From the NCBI GenBank assembly GCA_043228905.1, contig JBHGNT010000002.1:23002001-23066000 (forward strand): DNA of 64,000 nt, given 5' to 3'. Positions 23,875 through 36,152 of the stretch are shown here, piece after piece. Source of the stretch: Azolla caroliniana. Taxonomy: Eukaryota; Plantae; Polypodiophyta. The first letter of the stretch is position 1. Each line of letters begins with the position of its first letter. A model generated the notes under the pieces. It saw only the letters and a list, made by a program, of their open reading frames with translations. It did not search any database and was not told the origin of the DNA. The position numbers and the translations under genes were made by a program.

Positions 23875-26800
23875 GTCCAGCCAAAATAGGAGCCGTTTGG
23901 TTGGACAGCCCTAGATCTGTGCAGCCCATTAGTGGTTCCATTCCCTCTAAGCAAGTTAGTGATGTGTTCGTAGCCCAAGTAGCAGTTAGTACTAAAAGTA
24001 CCCCTCCAGTACATACCTTAGCCCTTCTAGATTCCGGAGCTAATTCTTGCTTCATGGATAGGAATTTTGCCCGAGCTCATCAGATATCTCTCAGAAAGCT
24101 CCCATGTCCAGCCTCAGTAGTAGTCATTGATGGTCGTCCCATTGCTTCTGGTAATATCATAGAAGAGTCGGAACCCGTTAATATTGTCCTAGATAACTTA
24201 ACATGTGTAGTATCATTTAATATTATTAGTATTCCAGAACATCCCATAGTTTTAGGATTACCATGGTTCGAGTTACATAACCCAGACATAGATTGGAGGA
24301 CAAGGGAAATCCGGTTGCGACAAACCCAAGGATCTACCCAGAAGGTTGCAACCATTTCGCTACATCAGTTGCGTGAGGAAGGGCGCAAGGAGGAAATGTT
24401 TCTCTTCGCAATATCAGTACAACCCTCCAGCACCACCAAAGAGGAGTCCACCGTTCAACTTCCCGAGAAGTATCGTCAGTATGCTGATGTGTTCGATAAA
24501 GTACAAGCCAACACACTTCCTCATCATCGGCCGTACGATTGCGCCATCGACTTACAACCGGGAAAAGAGCCGCCATGGGGGCCGATCTACAATTTGTCAC
24601 CAACCGAGCTAGAAGTCCTCTGAGCCTATATAGAGGAGAATTTGGAGAACGGTTTCATTCGGCATTCGAAATCTCCAGCCGGTGCACCCATTTTCTTCGT
24701 CAAGAAAAAAGATGGCTCGCTTCGACTCGTTGTAGATTACCGTGGCTTGAATAAGGTCACAGTAAGAAATAGGTATGCTCTTCCCCTTATCTCAAGTCTT
24801 TTAGAACGGATCAACGGTGCCAGGTTCTTCACGAAGATCGACTTACGAGGAGCCTATAACCTCGTACGGATCCGACCAGGAGATGAATGGAAGACCGCGT
24901 TTCGCACCAGATATGGGCACTTCGAGTATACGGTCATGCCGTTCGGACTCACTAATGCGCCGGCAGTCTTCCAGCACATGGCGAATGATATATTTCGAGA
25001 TCTCTTGGATGATTTTTTGATCATCTATTTGGATGATCTACTGGTTTATTCAAAGACCCAAGAAGAACATGATTCTCATGTACTATTAGTACTAAAACGA
25101 CTTCGAGAACATGGTCTGTATGCAAAGTTAGAGAAATGTAGTTTCGGGTGCAACCAAGTGGAATTTCTCGGCTATGTCATCTCCTCAGAAGGCATATCTA
25201 TGGACCCAGCCAAGGTGAAAACGGTGATAGAATGGCACACTCCGCGTTCGGTGCGGGATGTGCAATGCTTCCTAGGCTTTGCAAATTTTTACCGGAAGTT
25301 CATACAAAATTACTCAAAAATTGTGCTGCCTCTCACACAGCTCACCAGGAAGGGACAATCATTCATTTGGTCTAAAGAGACGGACATGGCTTTCGAGAGT
25401 CTTAAGAAGGCGTTTACATCAGCTCCAATTTTAGGTCATGTGGATCCGGAAAAACCATTCATTATCGAAGCTGACGCATCGGATTTCGCATTGGGGAGCA
25501 TTCTGTCACAACAGGGTAACGACGAGAAGCTACATCCTGTGGCTTTCCACTCCCGTAAGTTTGACGCCGCCGAAATCAACTACGAAATTCATGATAAAGA
25601 GCTATTAGCAATAGTTGATTCTTTTATGCAATGGAGGCATTTCCTGGAGGGATCTCCTCATCAGGTCACTGTATTCAGTGACCACAAGAACCTTGCCTAC
25701 TTTCAAGATGCTCGTGTACTGAATCGACGTCAAGCTCGGTGGGCCCACTTCCTCACACGCTTCGACTTCAAAATTACATATCGTCCGGGGAAGCACCAAG
25801 GGAAGGCAGATGCATTATCACGGCGTTCGTATCTAACACCACGTCCCGGTGAGCCAGCTTTCGATAACCAGAAGCAAGTAATCTTGGGTCCAGCACGACT
25901 GCAAGCAGCACAAGTCTTTGACATGCCCGTGGATTCCGACATTACCAATACTATACGTGAGGACTTGAAGACTGACGCTTTCGCCCAAGCTATACTAGCA
26001 CAAATTGACCCCTCTCGAGCGTCATGTTCACAATCACAATCACCAGGTACGGATTATCGGCAATTCAAATACTGTGATGGATTACTCTTCTTTAAAGAAC
26101 TTTTGTATGTTCCTAATGGTTCTTGCCGCCTTCGAGTAGTACAAAATTGCCATGACACATATACAGCAGGACATTTTGGTAGTACTAAAACATTAGATTT
26201 AGTACAACGATCATTCTGGTGGCCCCGTATGCGACAATTTGTCGAAGATTTTGTTCGGACTTGCGATACATGCTGCAGAGTGAAAATGCCAAGACATCAT
26301 CCATATGGTTTATTAGAACCATTACCAATTCCAAGCAAGCCATGGCAATCCATTGCTCTTGACTTCATTACAGATCTTCCAGTCTCTAAGGGATTCAGTG
26401 CGATTCTCACAGTGGTGGATCGATATACGAAGATGGCTCATTTCTTACCATGTACTAAAGAAATATCTAGTGAAGACACCGCCGAAATTGTCATGCGGGA
26501 AGTATGTCGGCATCATGGACTCCCTGATAATATCATCAGCGATCGTGGACCCCAGTTTGTGTCAAAATTCTGGAAGCACCTTTTTAAAATGCTGAAGGTC
26601 ACTTGTAACCTCTCCTCCGGCTACCACCCACAAACCGACGGTCAAGCCGAACGAACAAATCAAACACTGGAGCAGTATCTGCGGTGCTTTCTCAACTATC
26701 ATCAGAATGACTGGGCAGATATTCTTCAGTTCGCCGAATTTGCCTATAATAACACTATCCACGCATCGACTAAAGTCACGCCATTCTACGCTTATACGGG

Positions 26801-27458
26801 ATATCATCCCCGGTGGTGTGTCCTTGAAACCCCAGAAGTGTCCACAAATCCTTGCGCGGAGGATCGTTTGGAGCGGTTACGCAAGATACAAGCGGATTTA
26901 TCTACTCAACTCCAGCAAGCTCAACAATCACACAAGGACTACGCAGATCGTCATCGACTTCCATCCAGTTTTAACATTGGAGATCGGGTGTGGCTGCTAC
27001 GACGACACATCAAGACTACTCGCCCATGTGAGAAGTTGGATTATCGGCGATTAGGTCCTTTCCGTATTATCGGGAAGATTAATGATGTCGCTTTTCGTCT
27101 CGAGCTACCTCCGCAACTTCGGATACATCCGGTGTTTCATAGTTCTCTCCTCGAACCCTATCACGAGAGCACTATCCCAGGACGTACTATACAACCACCA
27201 CCTCCTATCGAGCTCGAAGATGGACCTGAGTATGAGGTCGCTGCCATCCTCGATTCCAAGATTGTTCGCAACAAGCTCTACTATCTAGTCGATTGGCTAG
27301 GATATAGTCCCAGCGAGCGTACTTGGGAACCGATCGAGAATGTGACCAATGCTCGTGCTCTTCTAGAAGACTTCCATCGACGATATCCCGAGAAACCGGG
27401 TCCTCAATCCAAAACGACTCGTGGAACTCGTCGTTTTAAAGGGGGGATAGTGTCATAA
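23868..27458 (+). pseudogene. Element C Pol (PR LLDSGA, RT YLDD, RNase H, integrase, chromodomain) with one in-frame TGA at 24621
   Basis: ORFs 23901-24623 and 24642-27458 are in one frame, -1 relative to gag. Chromodomain EYEVAAILDS...YLVDWLGY...TWEP. Confidence 0.93.
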
Positions 27459-27740
27459 CTAGACTCGAACCCATAACCTTTTGTTACACGGGTCGAGACT
27501 TTACCATTAGGTTATGAATTGTAATTTGAAGGATATTATTTTCATTTAGGTTTTATTGGGAAATTGATGTATATTCCAGATTTCTCTGGAACATTCTAGA
27601 AACTTCAGGAGTATTCCTGAAGACACTATAAAAGGAGGCGCAAGGCATTAGTTCGAACCAAATCGGTTCAACGCCAGTCTTAAGCCTTCTAACTACTGTT
27701 GTATATCTTCCTTCATATAATACATATATCTTTCGCATCA

Positions 27741-27782
<42 letters not shown>

Positions 27783-28664
27783 ACTCATTCCTTCTCTCAA
27801 AAGTTCGACACCTCTCATAGTACTAATCCTTCTCTGTCTTAGTACTATTCCCCAACAATAGTACTAATCCTTCTTTTAGTACTAATTCCTTCTCTGCCTT
27901 AATAGAGTTCCTGACAGTACGCAAGATAAACCCCAGAAGGGCGGGTACCGTCTGGGGACGGAGATAGAAAGGACCACGGACTTACGAAAGGTCCTGGAGG
28001 AACGGATCCTCGACAGCAAGGTGGAGCTGTCGTTACGAGAGGTGTTGGGAATCGCCAAGAAGGAGTTCCACGACTCCATCGTGGACTTGGTGAAACGGAA
28101 GAGGCTGTCAACGGAGACAGAACCGGAAAGACCGGTGGAAGTGCGGACGACGCACCTAGACGACATGGCGCTGGGAGATGAGTGGGCGGAAAGCCACTAT
28201 TCGAGACCACACTGGGCCCGAGCGACCACGGAAACCCCGGTGAAGATCGGCGATGTCCAGGAACCGGTGATAGCTTTGGTGGACCACGGATCGGATATCA
28301 ATTTGATGTCCATGGACTTCTATAAGAGGGGCAAATGGCCGATCAACACCAAGCACGGGTGAAAAATAAGGGCAGCAACGCGCGCCACCGAGGAACTGCA
28401 CGGGGCCTGCCCGAATGTGCGAGTCAAGATCGGCGACGTCGAGATTGACCAGCACTTCTTCGTGCAGGAGACGTCTTCGCATCCGGTCATACTGGGAGAG
28501 CCGTACATCACGGCGGCGCGAATGGAGACCAAGGTGCTGGACAATGGTTCGGCTTACGCGAGGGTCAGAAGCCAAGACGGGCGCCATTCGGTCCAGTTTC
28601 TGACGGTAAGGCCGAACCACGAACGCAACCGCAACTCCCTCGGTTCCGAAAACCGAGAGGATTT

Positions 28665-31600
28665 TTAGAGAGGACTGCCAAGGCGTGGGGCCGCGACAGT
28701 CCGGATGCTCCGGAAAAACCTCACATCTGTACGATAAAACCGTGTACGATAGGTAGGGAATTTTGCTTCTCCGACAGCGGAGCATGTACGATGGTCGGCA
28801 TCGCCGGCCGAGAGAAAACAAAGACGGAGGGGAGACTTCGGGCGTGCGGAGTTCTCGGCCCTGACGAGGAAATCGACGGAGCCGTGGAGGCAGTCTCCCT
28901 CGACGACACCTTGGGAATGCTGGGGAAGGTAGTCGAAGAAGACCTTAACGAAGACCGGACGATACCAGTATGTTCCGAAGAGATGTACGAAGTCATCGCG
29001 GACTTTGGTCGAGGGTTCGAGTCGGGACCAACGGCCCGAGTTAGCACCAAGTACAAGACTGTGGACCGGAAGGTGAGGCCAGTTGCGGCACCCTTACCGG
29101 AGGGCAGCGAGTCCCGAATCAAAGGGGTTGCATCGGACCCCAGCTTACGAGATCCGGCCTGCATAGGACACACCTTCACCAACGAGACGCTCCGCGAGCT
29201 GAAGATCGGTGGGGGCGGGTTCCTACTGCCGGTGGAGGAAGACCGGTTTCGGAGAATGCTCGGAAGGCACGGGAAAGCCTTCGCATTCTCACCGGAGGAA
29301 ATCGGGTGCGTAGACCCGACGATCGTAGAGCCAATGGTGATATTCACGGTACCGCATGTACCGTGGAATCTCAAGCCGATTCCGGTTCCGAGAGCTCACA
29401 TCCCGAAGTTGATGGAGCTGTTGAAGCAGAAAGTTGATATGGGCATTCTCGAGCCGTCGAGCGCCCCGTATTCAAACCGATGGTTTACCGTACCAAAGAA
29501 AAACGGGTCATTGCGCTTCATTCAGGACCTGCAACCGGTCAATAGGGTGACCATTCGGAACGCAGGGATCGGACCGACCGTAGACGAGTTCGCGGAGGCC
29601 TTCACCGGAAGGTCGATTTACTCGGTCGGTGATCTATACTCAGGGTACGACCAGTTCCAGCTAGCCGTGGAGAGCAGAGACATTACGACGATGCGAACTC
29701 CCCTCGGCCTAGTGCGGATGTGTACGCTGCCACAAGGAGGGACCAACTCGGTGGCCCACATGGTGAATGCAATGAACAAGGTGCTGAGGGACTGCGTCCC
29801 GGACATCACCATGCCGTTTCTAGACGACATCCCGATCAAAGGATGCCCGGTAGAAGAGAAGGACGAGACGATCGGGCCGGACGGATGCCGGCGATTCGTG
29901 GTGACACACATTGACGACTGCGAGAAGGTGCTGCAAAGGCTAGAGGATGCGAGGCTCACCTTCTCGGGGGAGAAGTCTGCCTTCGGGCAGTCGGAAATCA
30001 TGGTGGTCGGACATTTATGTGGGCCATATGGCCGGAAACCGTCTCCGGCAAAGGTAGAAGCCATCTCCGCGATGAAGCCTGACTGCAGCTCGATCACGGA
30101 AGTACGAAGATTCTTGGGAGCATGCGCCTTCTACCACATATGGATCCCGCATTACGCGCACGTCGCGGAGCCGCTGTACGGATTATTGAAGAAAGGGCGA
30201 AGATTCGAATGGCTAGACAAGCACGCGGAGTCGGTCCGGAAGCTGAAGGAGGCTCTTTCGGCAGCACCGGCGCTCCGAAAGGCTGTCTACAGGAAGGGCA
30301 CCCCAGTGTACATAACGGTTGACACGAGTCCGACCGGAATCGGGTGGGTCGTCAACCAGGAAGACGGGGACGGCAATCGGTTTCCAATCCGATTCGGCGC
30401 GAAGGTCCTCAGTGAGCGGCAACGGGGATACGCCCAGGTTAAACGCGAGCTCTAGGGTATCGTTTCGGCGGTGAAGACCGACAAGGACTATCTGATCGGG
30501 ACAGAGGTAATCATAGAGACGGATTGCATGCCGATTCTCGGCATGGTTCACGGATGCGCGACGCCGGACCTGGCAATGCTCAGGTGGATAGCGTACATCA
30601 AGTCCCTGGACCCGGAAATACGACACATTTCCGGGAAAGACAACGCCATGGCCGACATGCTTTCAAGGGCGAGATTCGATGACGAGGGCGCCATGGTTTC
30701 GGAGGACGAGGAGGTCGGCGTGGACTTCTTCGAGGCAGCATACGTAACAACCGGCGGGTCGAGCACTCCGGCGCTTAACGACTTCGACGCGAGCAAGTAC
30801 GACGGGGAGTGGCTGCAGATCGGCGGGTTCTTGAGGACAATGGCGCCGGATGCGTCATGGACGAAAGACGAGGCCAACCGGATCTGGAAGAAAGCGTACC
30901 GATTCTTTCTCCGGGATGGATACTTGTGGAAGCACCCGAAGAAGAGGAACGGCGTCCCGCTCCGGGTGGTGGCAATGAAGGAAGATCAGGAGGAGCTGCT
31001 AGCGGCCTGCCACGACAGCCCTTGGGCTGGACACCGTGGGACATGGGCTACGTTTGAGAAACTGAAGGGGAAGTATTGGTGGCCGGGGCAGTACCAGGAC
31101 GTGCATCGGTTCGTGACAACTTGCGAGAGCTGTCAGATGCACTCCATAGTCCGACACCGGGACGAGCTTCACCCTACGTACCCTCCGACCATCCACTTCA
31201 AATGGATGGTAGATCTGGTGACGATGCCAATGGGGGTAGGACAGATGCGGTACCTGGTCCTAGCACGGGAGGATCTGACGAACCAGGTGGAAGGCCGAGC
31301 CCTCCCGAACAAAACGACCGCGGCCGTATGTCGGTTCCTAATCGAGGACGTGATATGCCGGTACGGGTGCGTCGGGAAGATCGTGGCTGATCGAGGGGAG
31401 TTGGACACCGAAGAAGCCGCGGAGCTGTTCGACCGGCTCGGAGTTAAGCTCTCGCTCACCACTGCGTACAATCCGGAGGCGAATGGGAAGGTGGAGCGCG
31501 GACACGGGCCGATCGTCAAGGCGTTGGTTCGGGCATGCGGAGGCCAAGTCGGTAACTGGCCGCGGCTGCTACCTTATGCTTTGTGGGCAGACCGGACCAC

Positions 31601-32147
31601 GCACAGTTCGGTAACCGGGTACATGCCGACGGAGCTCATGTTCGGCCAGAAGCCGATCATGCCGATGGAACGGACGATCTCCTCGTGGGCAACGGTCGAC
31701 TGGAGGGACGAGATGAGCCGGGAGGAGTTGTTGGCCGCGCGTATACGACAGCTCGAGCGGAGACCGGAGGACGTGGAACTGGCTGCGGAGAGGCTCCGGG
31801 TGGCGAGGGCAAAGAACAAAGCCAGGTTCGACCGAACGCACCGGCTCCGACCGAAGAAGATCGAAGAAGGTGACTGGGTGCTCGTCTACGACAGCAGCCT
31901 CGACAACCAGCACCGAGCTACACGGAAGTTCGCACGAAGGTGGTTTGGGCCTTACGCGGTACGGAGCGCCAATGGCAACGGGACATATCACCTGGCGGAA
32001 CTCGACGGCACGAGAATGGCGATACCGGTTGCAGGGAAGCGGATCAAAGCGTTCAAGAAGCGACACGACGACGAGCCCGACCCGGCTCTCCTAGTCGGCA
32101 GTGACGAACGATCCGAAAACGAGGAAGAACCGACGGGCGAGGAATGA
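28665..32147 (+). pseudogene. B2 Pol (RT FLDD, RNase H, integrase), -1 frame to gag-PR, one in-frame TAG at 30453
   Basis: ORFs 28791-30455 and 30471-32147 share a frame. Motifs: LPQGGTNS, PFLDDI, HHCC, AYNPEANGKVER, GPY. Confidence 0.93.
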
Positions 32148-32218
32148 AGACGGGCCGGTTTTCTCCGTCCCAACTCTCTTGGCGCATACCGGAGGATGCG
32201 CGGTTAGGTGGGGGCGGA

Positions 32219-33003
32219 TGTCGTGAAGAAAACCGTCCCTAAGCGGAATCGGCGCACCGAGGCGTGGGAACCGGTTCTTCACGCGCGCACGCTCCAAGTT
32301 GTACATAGAATCGAATTAGGAGGATAATCGGCAGGAACGGGCCCTAACACGAGTGGAGACAAAGACCGCGCGAACAGTCTTTTCGGTCACGCGCGCGAAC
32401 TGTACGAGTCGGCGGCGTAACTACGCGGATGCGTGAAGAACAGAGGAGATCCCTGTCAAAAAGGGACAGGGAATAAAGCTGACACGACGGCCTGCTCAAC
32501 GGCCTATATAAGGAGCAGGAAAGAGCTGTTGCAGGGATCTCGCGCGGAGAGGACGAAGTGCTGTCGGACCGTTTCCGGACGCTTCTCTCTCTGTTTCCTT
32601 CCTTATTGAGCTCCATAGCTTTCTGTGCAGGGTTCGGAGGAGGCTTGCGCTGTTTCGAGGAACGCCCGGAGAGCTTCCAGCAGCACCTCCGACCTGCTAC
32701 CCCTTTGTGCGTCGAACCGAACAGGCATCGGCGTCTGTTTGCCGGCCTGTTCGGTTGTAACCAACCTGTGCCCCATCGAGGGTTGTAGTAGTGTTAGCCA
32801 TTTCTGTTAATATACATAATTAGTCATTCGCGTCTGTCTGTGTCGGTGTCTGGACGCATTCTCCGTCCCGAAGGGCCGTGTCCCTGTGTATCCCCGGTCC
32901 TGCGTAGCCGGTCCTCTCACTTTCTCCTCCCTCGCTGGCTCTTTGGTTCGAGACCCCCGCGGTCCCGCCTCGTTTCCACACGCACTTGCATAATACCTCG
33001 ACA
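32219..33003 (+). repeat. B2 3' LTR
   Basis: Follows PPT AGGTGGGGGCGGA; direct repeat of 19923-20707. Confidence 0.97.
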
Positions 33004-35413
33004 ACGGTGCCGAAGAAGAACGGCACCTTGCGCTTCATTCAGGACCTACAACCGGTCAACAAGGTGACCATCCGTAATGAAGGGATCGGACCAACCATAG
33101 ACGAGTTCGTGGAGGCCTTCGCTGGAAGGTCGATCTATTCTGTCGGTGATCTGTACTCAGGGTACAATCAGTTCCAACTAGCCATGGAGAGCAGAGACAT
33201 TACGACGATGCGGACTCCTCTCGGCCTAGTGCGGATGTGTACCCTGCCACAAGGAGGGACGAACTCAGTGGCTCACATGGTGAACGCGATGAACAAAGTG
33301 CTCAGGGATTGTACCCCGGACATCACCATGCCATTCTTAGACGACATCCCGATCAGGGGATACCCGGTGGAGAAAAAGGACGAGGCAATCGGGCCGGACG
33401 GATGTCGGAATTTCATGGCGGACGGAGCGCACGGAGTCGGTACGGAGACTAAAGGAGGCGCTTACAGTAGCGTCGGCTCTCCGTAAAGCGGTTTACGGCA
33501 AGGATGTTCCCATCCGCGTGACGGTGGACACCAGCCCGACTAGGATCGGGTGGGTAATCAGTCAGGAGGACAAGGACGGCGTACGATTCCCGATCCGGTT
33601 CGGGGCGAAGTTATTGCGCGAGCGGGAGTGAGGATACGCCCAAGTTAAGTGCGAACTTTGGGGTGTCGTTTCGGCAGTCAAGGCCGACAAGGATTATCTG
33701 ATTGGGACGGAGGTGATCATCGAGACGGACTGCCTGCCGATACTCGGCATGGTTTCCGGATGCGCGACGCCGGACCTAGCAATGCTCCGGTGGATAGCGT
33801 ACATTAATTCCCTGAACCAGGAGATACGACACATCTCCGGAAAGGACAACGCCATGGCCGACATGCTTTCGAGGGCAGGGTTCAATGACGAAGACGGCAT
33901 GGTTTCGGATGACGAAGAAGTCGGCGAGGACTTCTTCGGGTCGGCTAACGTAACGAATAGGAACAGGAACACTCCGATGCTTAACGAATTTGACGAAAGC
34001 AGGTACGACAGGGAGTGGCTCCAAATCGAGAGGTTCCTACGGACGATGACGTCGGACGCAGCATGGGCGAGAGAGGAGGCGAGCCGGTTACGGAAGAAGG
34101 CGTACCGATTCTTCCTACGGGACGGGTGCATATGGAGGCACCCAAAGAAGAGAAGCGGCATCCCACTCCGAGTGGTGCCAAAGAAAGAAGAACAGGGGAA
34201 ACTACTAGTGGCATTTCACGAGAGCCCCTAGGCCGGAACGTGGGCCACGTTCGAGAAGCTGAAGGAGAAGTACTGGTGGCCGGGGTTGTACCAGGACGTG
34301 CATCGGTTCGTAACGACTTGCGAAAGCTGTCAGATGCACTCCGTAGTCCGACATCGGGACGAGCTACACACGACCTACCCGCCTACGGTCCATTTCAAGT
34401 GGATGGTGGACTTGGTGACGATGCCGATAGGGGTAGGACAGATGTGATACCTGGTGCTTGCACGGGAAGACTTAACGAACCAGGTGGAAGGCCGTGCACT
34501 GCAAAGCAAGACAACCACGGCGGTATGCCGGTTCCTGATCGAAGAAGTAGTGTGTCCGTACGGGTGCGTCGGGAGGATCGTGGCAGACCGGGAAGAGCTG
34601 GATGCACGGGAGGCTGAGGAGTTGTTCGACCGGCTAGGCGTCAAACTCTCCCTCACTACGGCGTACAATCCAGAGGCAAACGGAAAGGTGGAACGTGGGC
34701 ACGGGCCGATCGTAAAGGCGTTGGTGTGTGCATGCGGAGGGCAGGTCGGGAATTGGCTGCGGCTCCTTCCTTACACACTATGGGCGGACCGAACTAGCCA
34801 CAGTTCGGTGACATGGTTTATGCCGGCAGAGCTGATATATAGACAGAAGCCGATCATGCCGATGGAACGGACGGTTTCTTCATGGGCGGTAGTATATTGG
34901 AAGGACGAAATGAGCCGGGAGGAGTTGCTGGCGGCGCGGATTCGGCAACTCGAGTGGAGGACGGAGGACGTGATACAGGCGAAGGATAAGCTGCGAGCGA
35001 CAAGGGAGCGGAACAAGACCCGGTTCAACCGGATGCACCGGTTGCGACCAAAGAAGATCGAGGAAGGCGACCGGGTCTTGGTATATGACAGCAGCCTCGA
35101 CAATCAGCACAAGGCGGTGCGAAAGTTCGCTAGGAGATGGTTCGGACCCTACACAGTGACTAGCGCGAACGACAACGGCACGTACCACCTCGCGGAAATC
35201 GACGGTACACGGTTAGCGGTGCCGGTAGCCGGGAAGCGGATCAAAGAGTTCAAGAAGCAATTCGAAGACGAGCCGGAGCCGGCGAGCGAGAGTAACGATG
35301 ACGATCAGTTCAGGTCTGGCGGAGAATCGGAGAACGACGAGTGAAGCCGGTTTTCTTCGGTGTCTACCCGTCTCTTGCACATGCCGGTGGATGCGCGGTT
35401 TGGTGGGGGTGGA

Positions 35414-36002
35414 TGTCGTGAAGAAAACCGGCCATAGGCGAAATCGAAGAAAAAGGCGCATGAACCGACTCTTACACGGGTGGACGCGAGGATTGATATA
35501 TTGTACATAATTCGTAATTAGAGCGACTGGTGTAAATACTAGGTAGTGCACATTTATTAGGGGATTTTGTGCGTATCTCTGTCGAGAGGGACAGGGAATA
35601 AAGCAGTTTGGCTAAGGAAAAGGGGGCACCCCCTTTTGGGGAACTATTTAAGGAGGGAGAGGAGGAAGGAGTAGGTATCGCGCGCTAGGGAGGACGAAGT
35701 GTTGCTGCAGATCTTAGTGCTGAGCTCTCTCTTCTCCTCCGGCCGTCGGTCTTGGTGGGTCGAGAGCTCGTTGCCTCTGTTTCGTGGACAGCCTGTGCGC
35801 TTCCAGCAGAGGCTCTCCCCCTTTGTTTTGTTTCTGGGAGTCGAGCGAGTGTTGTCTGTGTGTGTGGGTAGGATCTCCGTGTCGGGTCCCTCGCCGCCTT
35901 ATCGGTTGTAACCGTCAGAGTTGTATTCTCTTGTCGTTGTAATCTCTTGTTATTGAAATCAAGTGTTACGTTCTATATCTCTCCTTCTCGCTTCGCGTAT
36001 CT

Positions 36003-36088
<86 letters not shown>

Positions 36089-36152
36089 GCTCCTCTGTTC
36101 AAGACCCCCTTGGTCCCGCCCCTTCTACACGCATGCGCGTAACAACGCGACA
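35414..36152 (+). repeat. B1 3' LTR with (CT)n tract
   Basis: PPT, then TGTCGTGAAG...aacaacgcgaca. Confidence 0.88.

Larger units (their letters stand above)
22132..27916 (+). mobile_element. Element C: full-length chromovirus (Tcn1-like Ty3/gypsy), 5-bp TSD GTACG
   Basis: LTRs at 22132-22603 and 27451-27916 appear to differ only in (CT)n length. TSD at 22127-22131 and 27917-27921. PPT AAAGGGGGGATAG. C-terminal chromodomain. Confidence 0.97.
20752..28668 (+). pseudogene. B2 gag-protease ORF, split by element C, with a nonsense codon at 28360
   Basis: Gag with CMWCDEVGHIRKDC knuckle (20752-22131) resumes at 27922. Aspartic protease motif ALVDHGS; ends ...EDF-stop. Confidence 0.9.
19923..33003 (+). 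mobile_element. Full-length Ty3/gypsy element B2, 4-bp TSD ACGG, host of element C
   Basis: 785-bp LTRs at 19923-20707 and 32219-33003 (only about 2 differences seen). TSD ACGG at 19919-19922 and 33004-33007. PBS and PPT are present. Confidence 0.97.
18147..36152 (+). mobile_element. Ty3/gypsy element B1 (5'-truncated, degenerate), host of B2
   Basis: gag/PR at 18147-19095. Pol at about 19092-19922 resumes at 33008 (RWFT|VPKKNG) and runs to 35344 with stops and an RT/RH deletion near 33420. PPT, then 3' LTR at 35414-36152. Confidence 0.9.
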
